In this document: in pieces, positions 12,989 to 24,190 of the stretch | How positions within the stretch are numbered: position 1 is the first letter of the stretch | Layout: each line of letters opens with the position of its first letter | Assembly (NCBI GenBank): GCA_004431415.1 | Contig: QPMI01000603.1 | Span: 1-64,000 of the forward strand | DNA length: 64,000 bases | Source of the DNA: Cyanophora paradoxa CCMP329 | Lineage: Eukaryota > Plantae > Glaucophyta | Direction of reading: 5' to 3' | Notes under the pieces: generated by a model | Seen by the model: only the letters and a program-made list of their open reading frames with translations | What the model was told of the DNA's origin: nothing | Databases searched by the model: none | Position numbers and translations under genes: made by a program

Positions 12989-13580
12989 TACTAAATGCAG
13001 TGTTAGATTGATGATTTCACATATGTAATCACGATTATCTCTAAAGTAGATTTGGGTTGATTATTCGATGTTATCAGGTGATTGAGTTGATAAGTATTTG
13101 ATGTAGATCTTTAACTCTTTCGTTATAATCGAATTTAATCGAATTAGTTTTGAATTTTCAAAATCGGTTTAATCGTAATAGCGATGTATACACATCGAGA
13201 TTCGTAGATGTGATTGCAATTTATTGTTATGTATGATATTGGTGATTATATTGAATCGTTGGTGTATCGATTTGATAACTTCCTGGTGATCTGTATTAAA
13301 AACTCACGTTTAATGGATTTTAATCGAATTTAAAATCAAAATTCAAAATCGGTTTCATCGCGATTTGGAGTCACAGGTATCGAAAATCCTAGATGTGATA
13401 GTAGCGCTGTGACCGCCTTAAAATGCTCGATTTTATGACGTTTTAAGCGCATCGATTTGAGCATGTGGTGTTGAGATATCGTAGCAAACGTGAATAGTGA
13501 GTTTCTAGACGGGTACAGCATTAATCTAGAAAAAACCGCGTTTTTTTTTACTTTTCAAGTTTCACGGCGAACGAAGTAAA

Positions 13581-13654
13581 GGTTCCCGGTCGGATTTGAA
13601 CCTCGTAGTTCTGAGTCAGTAATCTAGCGCTTTATTCTCTGAGCCAAAAACGGC
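13581..13654 (-). pseudogene. Degenerate tRNA-like sequence with Pol III A/B-box-like motifs
   Basis: Minus strand reads TGGCTCAG..AAAGCG..CTAGA TTACTGA..GGTTCAAATCC with tRNA spacing, but the acceptor, anticodon and T stems pair poorly. Confidence 0.35.
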
Positions 13655-13879
13655 TTGCCATCTAGTCGACTCCTGGGCTAGTGTTTCACCAAGTCTACTA
13701 TGGCAAGTGACTTTTGCATCTTCAAACTGTTATATCTCATCACCAGATCATCAAAACGCAACGTTCTGCATATCGCTGTGAAGCGCTTGATAAGATCTAC
13801 AAGACTATGTGTATATCATGTGCATATATGTATATCAGTCATACATATATTTGGAAAAAACGAGTTTTTGCCTAGCAAA

Positions 13880-15265
13880 CTAGCTAGTTTTGGTCCTTTC
13901 TCTTAGTGTTCTCTGAGGTTTAGGGGCTGTATATGACTCCTTAGTAGTCTGAAAGTCATTATACCATCTCTGGCTATTAACCTCAGAAAGTTTCTGTGTC
14001 CCTGCTATAGTGAGCTTTTTGAGTTCCCTATTAACCTTGCCAGTCTTCTCCTTTCTAGCCTCTATCAAAGGCTTATCTGGGACTTCATTAGCAGCTTCTA
14101 TGCCTTCTCTCCTTATAGCAGCATCAACCTTGGCTTCCTCTTTGGCTTGCTCTAATGCATCCACTGTAGGTGTTTCCAGATACTCAACTGAATTCACAGG
14201 TAACAGCTCATGGAAAGCAAACCTGTTTTCTATGATCTCACCAGTGGGACTCCTTAGCTTAAACTTAAAGCCTTCCCTACTATCAACAGTGTAAACCATC
14301 CTAGACCAATTGTTACCCTGTTTAGCAAAGGGGTTCTTCTCAACTTTCACTCTAACAAACATGCCAGGCTGCATGGTATCAAGGTAAGCTATTGATTTCT
14401 TGAATCTTTCATCTTCTAATCCCACTATATACCTATAATGCTCCTCTGTAGTTTCGCCTGGCTTCATCTTAGTAGCTGAGTGAACTGTATTATTGTAATT
14501 ATACTCAATATCACCTAACACATCAAAGAATCTAGCTGTGTTATTAGCTATGCAATAGTTTGTGATCAGTCTCTTAATCTGCTTGTTAAAGGCTTCAATT
14601 CGACCTTGGCTTCTATGGTCAGCAGTTCCACTCACTTGGTGTTCTATGAATTTACTAGATAAATACTCCTGGAATATTCGATTTTGGAATTCACTCCCAG
14701 CATCTGATTGAACTTTTACTATGGGTCTTGCCACTCTCATTTCAAGCTGTTTAAATGCAGCTAATGTAGTGAGAGCTGATTTATCCCTTATAGGTATGAT
14801 ATACCCAGTTCTCAGTGTAGATTCCATTGCAGTCATAAAGGTATCATAGCCATTGTTTTGTTTCTTATAAGCTGGGAAAAAGAGCAAATCAATCACATAG
14901 GTATCAAGGGGTTGCCTAATTGGGACCATGGGATCTCTCTTCCTAGATATAGCAGGTGCATTGATCTGAACAACTTCTTGTTTTTTATAGAACTCTTGCA
15001 ACTGCTTATAGGATTCATCAGGTAACTCAGCCCTCATAGCTTGAAGCCCTTTGTAACCAGTTCTCACATCATAGAATCTCTTGGCAATCTTGCTGGTTTC
15101 TTTCACTGCAATAGCAACTGGGATCTCTACTGGGACAAGCTCTTTCATCTCTGACTTTTTTACAATTCGAGATTCTCCCTTTTCCTCCTTGGGAACTGTG
15201 ATAGGCAGTAGGTTACCTTGTAGTTGCTCAGTGGTTCTCCTAACTATTCTTCCAGTTGCTGGCAT
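13880..15265 (-). CDS. Retroviral-type (rve, DDE) integrase of outer PLV
   Basis: YVIDLLF, VQSDAGSEF, GRIEAFN triad; YNNTVHSATKMKP; WSRMVY SH3-like C-terminal region typical of Polinton integrases; consistent with the 6-bp TSD. Confidence 0.92.
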   Translation of the reverse strand: MPATGRIVRRTTEQLQGNLLPITVPKEEKGESRIVKKSEMKELVPVEIPVAIAVKETSKIAKRFYDVRTGYKGLQAMRAELPDESYKQLQEFYKKQEVVQINAPAISRKRDPMVPIRQPLDTYVIDLLFFPAYKKQNNGYDTFMTAMESTLRTGYIIPIRDKSALTTLAAFKQLEMRVARPIVKVQSDAGSEFQNRIFQEYLSSKFIEHQVSGTADHRSQGRIEAFNKQIKRLITNYCIANNTARFFDVLGDIEYNYNNTVHSATKMKPGETTEEHYRYIVGLEDERFKKSIAYLDTMQPGMFVRVKVEKNPFAKQGNNWSRMVYTVDSREGFKFKLRSPTGEIIENRFAFHELLPVNSVEYLETPTVDALEQAKEEAKVDAAIRREGIEAANEVPDKPLIEARKEKTGKVNRELKKLTIAGTQKLSEVNSQRWYNDFQTTKESYTAPKPQRTLRERTKTS

Positions 15266-15268
15266 CTC

Positions 15269-18200
15269 TTAATTAAAAGGAACAGAATTAATACCATCTG
15301 GTAAGATGTATCTCTTTGCATCAAAGCAGTTTAGGGCAACCCTTCTACTCACAGTGTCTATTATTGTGTGATCTGCCCTTCTTTTCTGCTTTGCAGTCAC
15401 AGTCTTGCTGATACCTGCAAATAAACACTGTTTAAAATCATTAAATTGGAGTTCCTCAGTTGAAGTCCCAGAGAGCTTACTCCTCTCAATCTCAGCAGTT
15501 CTGAAACTGTAAACTTTAGCTCTCAGACCCACATACTCCAATATAGCAGAGCCAGGCATTTCATTTTTGTATTTACCTGGGGTCATTCTGGAATCACCTC
15601 CAAGGTCTAATGCATAGGATATATTCTCTATATCTTTTGTAGGGTCTTAGATTCGATATATAGACAAAAGGAGTCAGTATCATGGAATAGTAACTTTGCT
15701 TTTGTCCATTGGGACCTTACAGTATCATAGAAGAACTTGTAGTTATGCAGTTTGGCTGCATCCAGAACATAAGCCCCAATAGCAACTGGCTTATCTAGCT
15801 TCACATGCTTTGTGTAAAACTCAAAGGCAACTGCTTTTTCGTTTATGGGACTTGTTGATTTCACCAATGGGGAGGCTGCATATTTCATAAACAGTTTCTC
15901 ACTGTTTGCAATCTTAACCACAGATCTACCTCTGCAAGATTCAATGCATTTCCCATAGATTGAGTTATTCATGAGTTTATAGAAATCAGCCTCGAATTTA
16001 TTCACTGCTTTCCTTCTCATCTCAGTATTCAGCTCAATGTAGGGTTTCATTACAGGAGCCACAGTAAATGATAGGACCCTGTGAACCTTCTTTAGTTTCA
16101 CCCCTTTGTCCAACAGATACTGTAGAAGAGGCTCAGAAATCACATAGTTGGTCACAGAACCAAAGGTTGCAGTTAGCTTAGGGGTCTTATCAAGCTCTTC
16201 TCCTGAGAGATCTAATAGGCTCTTTTGATATTGTGATAATTCTGCATATTCTACTATTTTCTTGTTAATAATTAGGGGAAATCACTGTGGTCTAGATATA
16301 GCCTAATTGGGTAATCCAGATCAACTTCCAGGAAACTGGATCTGTTATCTTGTGGGTTGAATTCGGTCTCCCATCTAAAATCACCAACTGGGATTGGCTG
16401 ACTCAAACAGTAGCCATACAAGTTGTTAGCATCAAACAGCATTATATGGGAGTTCTCACCATCAGCCTCAGCATACCTACAAGGCATTGTTGCAAAGCCA
16501 CCCCTGATTCCCCTCTCAACAAATTCGTATTGCTCTACATCACTTATAAGCTCTATTTTTGCCTTGGTGGTCCTAAGCATAGCATCCCAAGATAACCCAG
16601 GTGCAGATACATAATGAACTGGGTCCAATCCATATACTGAGTGTGAAAGCCTTCTGAAAGCCTGGAATTTGCTCATTAACTCATCTACATCAGCAGCCCC
16701 AAAGTCCATAAAATTACTTGCATCAATGAACTTGTAAAGACCCCATTGCAATGAAAGGTATTGATCAAAGTTTTTCGAAAGGATTTCGATTCGCTTTTTA
16801 TCACCCATGCCTGCTATTTTTCTGAAAATGAATGTCCCACAGTCATCCATTTGGTCAACAACCACTGCTACTTTTGTTTGCTTTGAGATTCTCCTATGGA
16901 GATTGCAGTTTCTGCATGCAGGTGCAATGTAATTACCTGTGTGGTGATCATGATCCCTGCATTTGAAGTTTTCCTTGGTGAACCTCTCACTGCAAAGGTA
17001 ACAGTGTTTGGTAGCTCTGTAAATAGCCTTTTGCTCATCTGTGAGTTCATTCATGGGAATATTGGTGAACAGGAAATCGATTAGCTCTCTTGCTTTGGAC
17101 TCCAAGCATTCAAACAGACCTCCCATTGGATCCTGACCCTCAAATCGAAACTCCTGAACATCTGCCCCAGTGACTATTCTAATGTTGACTGCTGAGACTT
17201 CCCTCTTGGATTTCGATGCATCAATGGGGATGCTTCTATGTTCAATCTTGCAGTAAACCACAACAGGAAGCCAGACAGTTTTCCTGAGGTTTTTCAGTCC
17301 AAACTCTATTGTGGTGTCAGGCTTAGGGGTGATTCCCTTTGAGAGTCTCCAATCAATGCATCTGTTTGAGTCCACATGAGCAGTGAGTTTAGCCTCAGAC
17401 CTGAATCGAGATAAGCATGTGTCACAGTAGTGTAACTTTTGATCATTGTATGTTTCATGGTTTACTTTCAATAGCCTTGAAAGGGACATGATTGTAATAT
17501 AGTGACCATTCCCTTCATCATCTTGGATCAGCATGAGATTAACCTTATGCTTTCTGCCTGGGTTACTGGATTGATGCAGGGGATAAATAACCTCTCCATC
17601 GATTCCAAATATATTAATGCTAATGCCTGCATTTTGAGCCTCGAATTTATCAATAATATCAGCATCACAGGCAACAGGGAATGGGATGTTATCGAAATTG
17701 AGAGCCAGCGGATTATAAGCGATTGCTGAGTATTTCCATTTGCGATATTGTGAAAGCTCATTCCTCTTATGGGAGTTTATCGCTTTTCTGTGAATATATG
17801 CCAAAATTGCATTTTCGAAGCAGGAATCATCAATATTTCGAATATTCACAGTGGCTCTCTTCCTAGCAATCCACTCTGGGGTTTGTAGAAAGCATCCACC
17901 AGTTGGAGCATAACTCATAATAGCCACTCTGAGTATTTCGATTCTTTCCAAGCGATAGCTATCAACCACATTCATCTGCTCTTGACACATTTGGGCTGCT
18001 TTATTCAGCTCAGTTCGAATATTTCTCGACCTGGTTAATACAAAATAATCACTGTAAATGTATTTCGATATCCAAACCTGCGGATTGCTGACTTTTACGA
18101 ACTTGCAGATAAAAGACAAGCGAACCTTGATTGCCCTGAATTGATCTAAACCCTGCTTTAATCGATTAGGAAGGGATGTAGCAATTCTGTCCAGGAATTC

Positions 18201-18512
18201 AATCACATCTACAACAACTTCCCTTCTGGCTCTGTAAGTGAGCCAGCGATATAATTCATTCATGGCTGTTCCATCTTCTGCCTCAGGTTCTATTTGCCTT
18301 AGGCGATCCAGTTCATCCAAGGTTTCAATTTTATCATATAGGTTATTTGCTTTTCTGGTTAATCTGGCTAAAGTGGGTCTACCCTTTGCAATTAAATCTA
18401 TTTCCCGGTCATATTCAGCCTCTGTAATTTCATGGGCTGCATAAAGTGTTCCCAGCAATCCCATGAGTTCCCATTTCTTCTCCCTTATGAGTTTGTTGGT
18501 AATTCGGGGCAT
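15269..18512 (-). CDS. polB: Protein-primed family B DNA polymerase of outer PLV (three frameshifted pieces: 16272-18512, 15628-16155, 15269-15586); exonuclease domain degenerate
   Basis: RGIRGG, DANNLYG, KLMNNSIYGK, HDTDS and KVY motifs; N-terminal Zn-finger and EndoVII-like CxxC..RDHDHHTG..CxxCN; collinear with the intact PolB at 35399-39367. Confidence 0.92.
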
Positions 18513-18573
18513 TATTCCTAACTTGTTCCTATTCTAAGGGGATATTTTATTTTAGAGCATTTTAAACGCATTT

Positions 18574-18924
18574 TCAAAATATTTTAATGGATCCATTGGC
18601 TTCCTCTGAATGGAATCGCAAAAACCTATTAATCCTAAATCGGGATTTCGGTTTTTGTAAATTGACTATCCAAGGTTCAAAGAGATACATGTAATATGCT
18701 TCTCTGTTCATTAGGTCTTCATGCCCACCCTTCTTACTTGAGTACAGGACTGAGAACTTCACATCAGAAGCCTTGCATAGGTCTGCTGTAGATGGCATTT
18801 GACCTGATTTGTGTTGTCGCCATCTTTTTTGTAGTGGCTGTGAGGTTCTCCCTATGTAGAGTTTGTTCATTTCCTCACTTTCAATCATATAGATTGATCC
18901 AGAATCATGATCTGTTCCAGTCAT
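18574..18924 (-). CDS. GIY-YIG endonuclease
   Basis: SIYMI..LYIGRT..LQKRWRQH..E..N motif pattern. Confidence 0.85.
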   Translation of the reverse strand: MTGTDHDSGSIYMIESEEMNKLYIGRTSQPLQKRWRQHKSGQMPSTADLCKASDVKFSVLYSSKKGGHEDLMNREAYYMYLFEPWIVNLQKPKSRFRINRFLRFHSEEANGSIKIF

Positions 18925-18975
18925 TTCGAACTACTAACATATAAATATATTTTTCTATCTCTTAAATCATTTTTT

Positions 18976-19157
18976 GGTTGACTTAGTGGGTGGAGTTGAG
19001 GCACTTTTTATTTCTTTTTATGGCAGAGTCCTCTCTTAGAATCTGTGAAAAAATGAGTCAACTCCCCCCACTTAGTCAACCTAATCGATTAACACACCAA
19101 AAATAAAAGACTGTTTGGGTCTTTTATGATAAATTTGAGTCAACCATGAGTCCACTT
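18976..19157. promoter_or_regulatory. Internal copy of TIR inverted-repeat motifs (candidate origin / protein-binding site)
   Basis: GGTTGACTTAGTGGG (18976)..CCCACTTAGTCAACC (19067)..GAGTCAACCATGAGTCCACTT (19137) match 12761, 12856 and 12927 in the TIR with similar spacing. Confidence 0.6.
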
Positions 19158-19167
19158 TTGAGTAAAC

Positions 19168-21759
19168 CTAAACTTCAACATCAGAATCATAATCTGATGC
19201 ATCAGGATCAGCAGCAGGTAGGTCTTGTTTCATCCTTGGATTAGCTTCTTCCTCAATAGTTTCATCATCTACAAGCTTCATCTTTCTGAATTCCTCAAAT
19301 ACTTGTGGGAATAGGAAATGATAGTATTGCTTACCATTTGTAGTTTTCACTTGGATATATGTCACACTTCTCATTTCAGTATAATACCTGCGACTATTAT
19401 AATCGTTTTTATATTTATTGCTGGTAATGAACTCCTGGAACCATTTCCAGGTTTCCACAAGGCTACCAGACTTGCATTTATTCTCGGAAATTAAGCCTCG
19501 ATCCACAAGCCACTTAGTGAACATAAGGATGATTGGAGCGCACACCTGTTGGGCTAAATAGTATTTATTTGTAAGGGTCTATCAGCAATCCAGTTCACAT
19601 CCTCACAGTCAACTTTGGTTCTCAAATAGTGGGCAATGTTTCGAATATTGCAGTGATCATTTAGCCATTTTACAAGTGGAAGGAAGTATGACCTATCCTT
19701 TGCGAATTTCTTACTAACTTCAACAACCACAAATCGCCTATCTCCAGCTTCAATTTTCACTGGAATGTTGTTATTGCTGGTGAATATAATCCTGGCAAAG
19801 TTGCTTTTTGTGTATGAATCTATCCCTTTGTGTTCAATTACAATCTTATCAGAAGTTATGAGATCTTTGAGCATATCATTATTTTCGAATGTGTCCTTGC
19901 CTGAGGCTTCATTCACAACAATCAAGATCTTATCCTCTCTATTGTGGGCAAATCGACCAAACAGATCCTCTTTTGGCTTTCCAGTTGCATAACTCAGGGC
20001 ATCTCCAAGTATCTTCTTTTGGAAAGTATCAACCAACACATTCTTACCAGTTCCCTGTTCACCAATGAAGATTAAGGATACTCCATTGAGTTCCCCAGGC
20101 TTTTGCAGCATGTGGGCAAACCATTTCAACAGATATTCATAGGTATTTTGATCCTCACCAGACATTAAGAACAAGTGATCTAGGAAAGGCTTAATCATCT
20201 CAGCAGTTACATCCTCTGGAGCATTTTCGAATTGCTGATGGTCAACCTTCATTCCTGGATAGAGGTTGAATACAGATTTGCATTTCGCACTGAGAGTAGC
20301 AGGAGGTGGGAGGAAATCCATGTAAGTTGATCTTGTGGCTGTTGGATCCACAATCCATTTTCTAAATGATTGCTCCCATTTCTCTTTCTCATTATCTGTC
20401 CCCTCATTCACAATCACCTTATGCATCAAATGGGGGAAATGCTTTGTAGAGAGCTTCCCAATATCTTTGGGCATCCAGCAAAGTAGTTGTTCATCCCAGA
20501 GCATCACACAACCAACATTTTCAACATGATGCATTCGAGCATTGAAATACCTCTTATGCACATTGTAATGTTCAGCCAAAGGAGGGATACTTGCAGTCTT
20601 GTAATCGATTTCATCTGTGTCCTCTGGTAGGAATGCATACTTTTTGGGGAAGAGTTCCTTGAAAAGCTCATTGTTATCTTTGCTCAACCAATAAACCAAG
20701 GATTTGAAGGTCAACACTTTGCCAGGCTCAGCCTTCTTCTTGCTTCTGCGAAGCTGTGTAAACTTCTCCTGGCATTCATCATAATCATACTTGTCACTCT
20801 GTTCTGAGAATTGGTGGAAGAGTTCAGCTTGCATTTTAGGGGTGAACTTGTTGTCTTCCCCAACATTGATGATGACCAGTCCTACATCAATCCAAGTTTT
20901 ATACTCATTAGCTCTCTCACCATTCAGACCCATTATAACACTTTGTAGCAGTTCGAAAGTAACAGGATTTTCGGGTTCAGTGTCTTTTTCAGCTTCTACC
21001 TTCTCAGTCTTCACTTTATCACTTTTTGGCTCCTTTTTAACTGGTTTTGGCTCAAGGCTATAATTTGCGAATGCAGAAATATTCGATTCATCCACAAGTT
21101 TAGTAGAAGCTGAGAAGAAAGATACAAAGAAGTCCTCATTTCGCATTAACACTTTGTCACAGTCAACGAATTTCTTAAAGCAAACGTTTTTATCAACATC
21201 TTTCTTTGATTTATTTTGAGCATCCAGAGTCTCACCTTTGCAGCAATTGAGGCAGATAAGGTTCTGTGTGGAGCTGTAAACTCCACTGTCATAATCCTCA
21301 TTTTTCACCAATCCCATAGCTTTGAAAAGCTTGGGATATCTTCATGTTTGCATGCAAGCGATTTAATGATAAAGTGGGCTGAGATCTTGAACTTGGTGAC
21401 ATCCTCCTTGATCAAATAAACCCTTCTATGGCGAACTGCAACAGCAATATCGTTAATCGAAGTGGTCCAGATCGCTTCCATAGCTTATCTCTCATCTCTC
21501 TTACAACAGTTTCCGCCTCAGCATAGTTTTCAGCAATGTTCTCCTTCAAATCAGCGAATTTATCCAGGTCCAGGTAAACTCTGGTGACTTGTTCAGGCTG
21601 AATGCATTCAGCCCAGGTCTTAACCTTGCTATTATCAATGGCTTCAAGGGCATCTTCAGCAGAATCAAATACATGGGTGACCTTGTTGCGATCACCAATG
21701 AGAGTACTAAGGAATGTAGCATTTTCAACAGGGGTGGCGAATTTCTCGATTTTGTTCAT
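19168..21759 (-). CDS. Primase (AEP-like)-PriCT-2-superfamily 3 (D5-like) helicase, frameshifted (21412-21759, 19554-21317, 19168-19545)
   Basis: RVYLDLD at the N-terminus; YKTWIDVGLVI..FHQFSEQSDKYD (PriCT-2-like); Walker A GEQGTGKN, VNEA, IFTSNN, DRRF. Confidence 0.85.
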
Positions 21760-21977
21760 TTTCGATTTTGGGGGACTTCTACCTTTAACGAAGAAAATAA
21801 TTTCGGAAGGAGGAATTGTCTTTTATATATATCCTATTATTTGCCAAGTCCTTAAGTAGTTTTGGGTCGGGATACTGTCTCGATATATAGGTACAGTTTT
21901 AAAAAAGAGGGAAGAAAGCTGTCATTTTTTTGCCTCCGATCAAATCGATTTCTACAAAATTTGTTTCGATCGAGAAT

Positions 21978-22304
21978 TTATTCTTCGATATATTTCCGAG
22001 GTCTTCCAACCGGTTTATGCTCTTTGGGTTTCTTGGGCTGTTCATCTTTCTTCTTGTGGTAATATTCCAGCGCTTTTGCCTTTTTCTGCTCGCGATATTC
22101 TTCATTTTCCCTGTATTTCCTCTGGTGTCTGAGGGCAATCTTTTTGAGTTCTTCTGGTGTGTGAACTGTAGCGGCTCCTTGGGATAATCGTTCCTCCTTC
22201 TTTTTATGATAGGCTTCGCGTTTTCTTTGGGCATCTTGCTCCCTTTTCAGTCTCAGCTTCTCTGCTTTTTCATCATCTGTGAGTATCTTGCGGATATTCG
22301 GCAT
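21978..22304 (-). CDS. Small basic protein with C-terminal AT-hook-like GRPRK
   Basis: ATG-initiated and K/R/E-rich; YRENEEYREQKKAKALEYY..PVGRPRKY; paralogous to 22457-22702. Confidence 0.65.
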   Translation of the reverse strand: MPNIRKILTDDEKAEKLRLKREQDAQRKREAYHKKKEERLSQGAATVHTPEELKKIALRHQRKYRENEEYREQKKAKALEYYHKKKDEQPKKPKEHKPVGRPRKYIEE

Positions 22305-22456
22305 TTCTCTTTAATAGTAGATACGAAAATAATTTTTCCTCAATACAACCTATCTACTTTTTCCTTAAGTCATTTTTTGTTGCAAACACCAGTTCCTGTC
22401 TGTAAACTTTTATAGCTGCCTCAGTAGCATACTGAGACCGCTTTTTCTCAATTATT

Positions 22457-22702
22457 TTATAGACCTGGGGGTCCATTGCTACTATCAGTAGGCAAATAAT
22501 ATTTAATCGGTCTCCCTCTTGGTCTCTGCTCCTCTTTTTGGGCTTTTCTGCGATAATAGGATGCCAAGGCTTGCTGCTTTTTATACTCTCTATAGGCTGG
22601 GTCCTCTCTATATCGTTTCTGCATTGCTAGAATGTGTCTAATAGAACCCTCAGTAACAGGTTCATCACTGGTAAACTCGATTAAACTAATAGTGTCCTCC
22701 AT
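22457..22702 (-). CDS. Small basic protein with AT-hook-like RGRP
   Basis: YREDPAYREYKKQQALASYY..RPRGRPIKY. Confidence 0.6.
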   Translation of the reverse strand: MEDTISLIEFTSDEPVTEGSIRHILAMQKRYREDPAYREYKKQQALASYYRRKAQKEEQRPRGRPIKYYLPTDSSNGPPGL

Positions 22703-23018
22703 TTATATTCCCAGAGAAAACGTTTTCTGCTGGCAGAGAACTTCTCCTTGGATACTCCTGCTGCTCATATGTATACTCTGTGGGGTCTGCTGGCATTGAC
22801 TCCACAGAAACTGTTGATCTCCTTCTCTCTCTTGCTTCTGAGGCATTATCCTCATTATCTGACATCTCAAACTCCACTCTTGTCTCACAGCATCCACTGT
22901 GGCAATTGCTCACCACATGCAGACTGAACATCTCGAAAAACTTTCGTATTATATCCATGTCTCTAATAAAACAGATAAAATTAAAGCCAAACTCGTCTTT
23001 TATATACTGTTGGGGCAA
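22686..23018 (-). CDS. Hypothetical viral protein (start may be ~22959)
   Basis: ORF fills the gap in a co-oriented gene run; no motif recognised. Confidence 0.35.
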   Translation of the reverse strand: MPQQYIKDEFGFNFICFIRDMDIIRKFFEMFSLHVVSNCHSGCCETRVEFEMSDNEDNASEARERRRSTVSVESMPADPTEYTYEQQEYPRRSSLPAENVFSGNINGGHY

Positions 23019-24126
23019 CTCCCTTTTCTACTTCAGCTTTAGTGGCACCAGGTTCAATGGTTCCCTTTTGGGTCTTTGTTTTCATTTCATCTACTGCTTG
23101 CTCATCGATTTGGTTCTCTTTCTTAGCAATAAACTGTTTATCTGGGACACCAGTAATGCCCATTTTATAAACTTCCTTTCGAAGCATCTCCTTGAGCTTG
23201 GCTCTCTCTTTCTTCTCAGTAACATACTGCTCTAAGGCACTGGATTTGGCTTCCAGATCTTTGAGTTTAGCAGTCATCTCATCCCATTGAGCCTTGGGAA
23301 TTCGATGAACATTCTGAGTGGGAGCAGTCTTGTATGTGACTTCACCAGCCATAGACTGGATTACCTTGTCTGATTCCTTACTAAGACCTTCACCTTTGCG
23401 AGCCAGTGATAGATCTTGCAAGCCTAAACCTTTATCATCAGCAGCACCAATAATTCGCCTGGCACCCTCAGCAACAGCTTTCATTTTTGAGGCTTCTGGT
23501 GAGATGTTTCTGTATTTAACTGAGTAGCCAGCAGAGGACCAAACGATATACTGATAGGAGTGGACATATTCTTCAAACATTTTGTAAAAGTCCTCCTTGT
23601 TTCGCATTATATTGTATTCTTCCTCTATGGCTTCAAGTTCTTTGCGATTAGCAGCACTCAGGAAAACAGCATAATCAGAATTAACTCGAATAGTGGAAGA
23701 GACTTTTCTGAGTTTCTGTGTAATGCAGATAATGGATATTTTCGAATGTCTGCCCCTACTGTACAGAGATGACACCACCTTGTCTCTGGTTAAATCAATT
23801 ATCTCATTATCAATTAAATCATCTAAAACAACACACATGTGGTTGACAGGTTCACCTTTTTCGATTTTCTCCTGCCTTTCATCCAAAAGCTTTGAAATAT
23901 AACCAGCATCCCATTTACCAAGTTCTACTGTTGCCACCTCTGTCCAAAAATGATTGAAGCTGGTCCCACTCACAACTAGGACAACATCAACTACTTTGGC
24001 ATCATGTAATTGCTTTAACCAATACTTTACACATTCGCTTTTTCCCGTACAACTTTTGCCTATAAAAATGGCTCTGAAAACACCTTTTATCATTTCAGAA
24101 ACATTAAACTCTTCTAAATCTTGCAT
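22981..24126 (-). CDS. A32/FtsK-HerA-like genome packaging ATPase with charged C-terminal extension
   Basis: Walker A GKSCTGKS, Walker B VVLDD, RGRHSKISI..Q..IRVN; ATG chosen at 24126 (MQDLEEF). Confidence 0.9.
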   Translation of the reverse strand: MQDLEEFNVSEMIKGVFRAIFIGKSCTGKSECVKYWLKQLHDAKVVDVVLVVSGTSFNHFWTEVATVELGKWDAGYISKLLDERQEKIEKGEPVNHMCVVLDDLIDNEIIDLTRDKVVSSLYSRGRHSKISIICITQKLRKVSSTIRVNSDYAVFLSAANRKELEAIEEEYNIMRNKEDFYKMFEEYVHSYQYIVWSSAGYSVKYRNISPEASKMKAVAEGARRIIGAADDKGLGLQDLSLARKGEGLSKESDKVIQSMAGEVTYKTAPTQNVHRIPKAQWDEMTAKLKDLEAKSSALEQYVTEKKERAKLKEMLRKEVYKMGITGVPDKQFIAKKENQIDEQAVDEMKTKTQKGTIEPGATKAEVEKGVAPTVYKRRVWL

Positions 24127-24190
24127 TGTTGTAGATCTTCCTAAATAAAGACAGATAAAAATAATGCAGGGTGACTGAATATGGTCAGAT

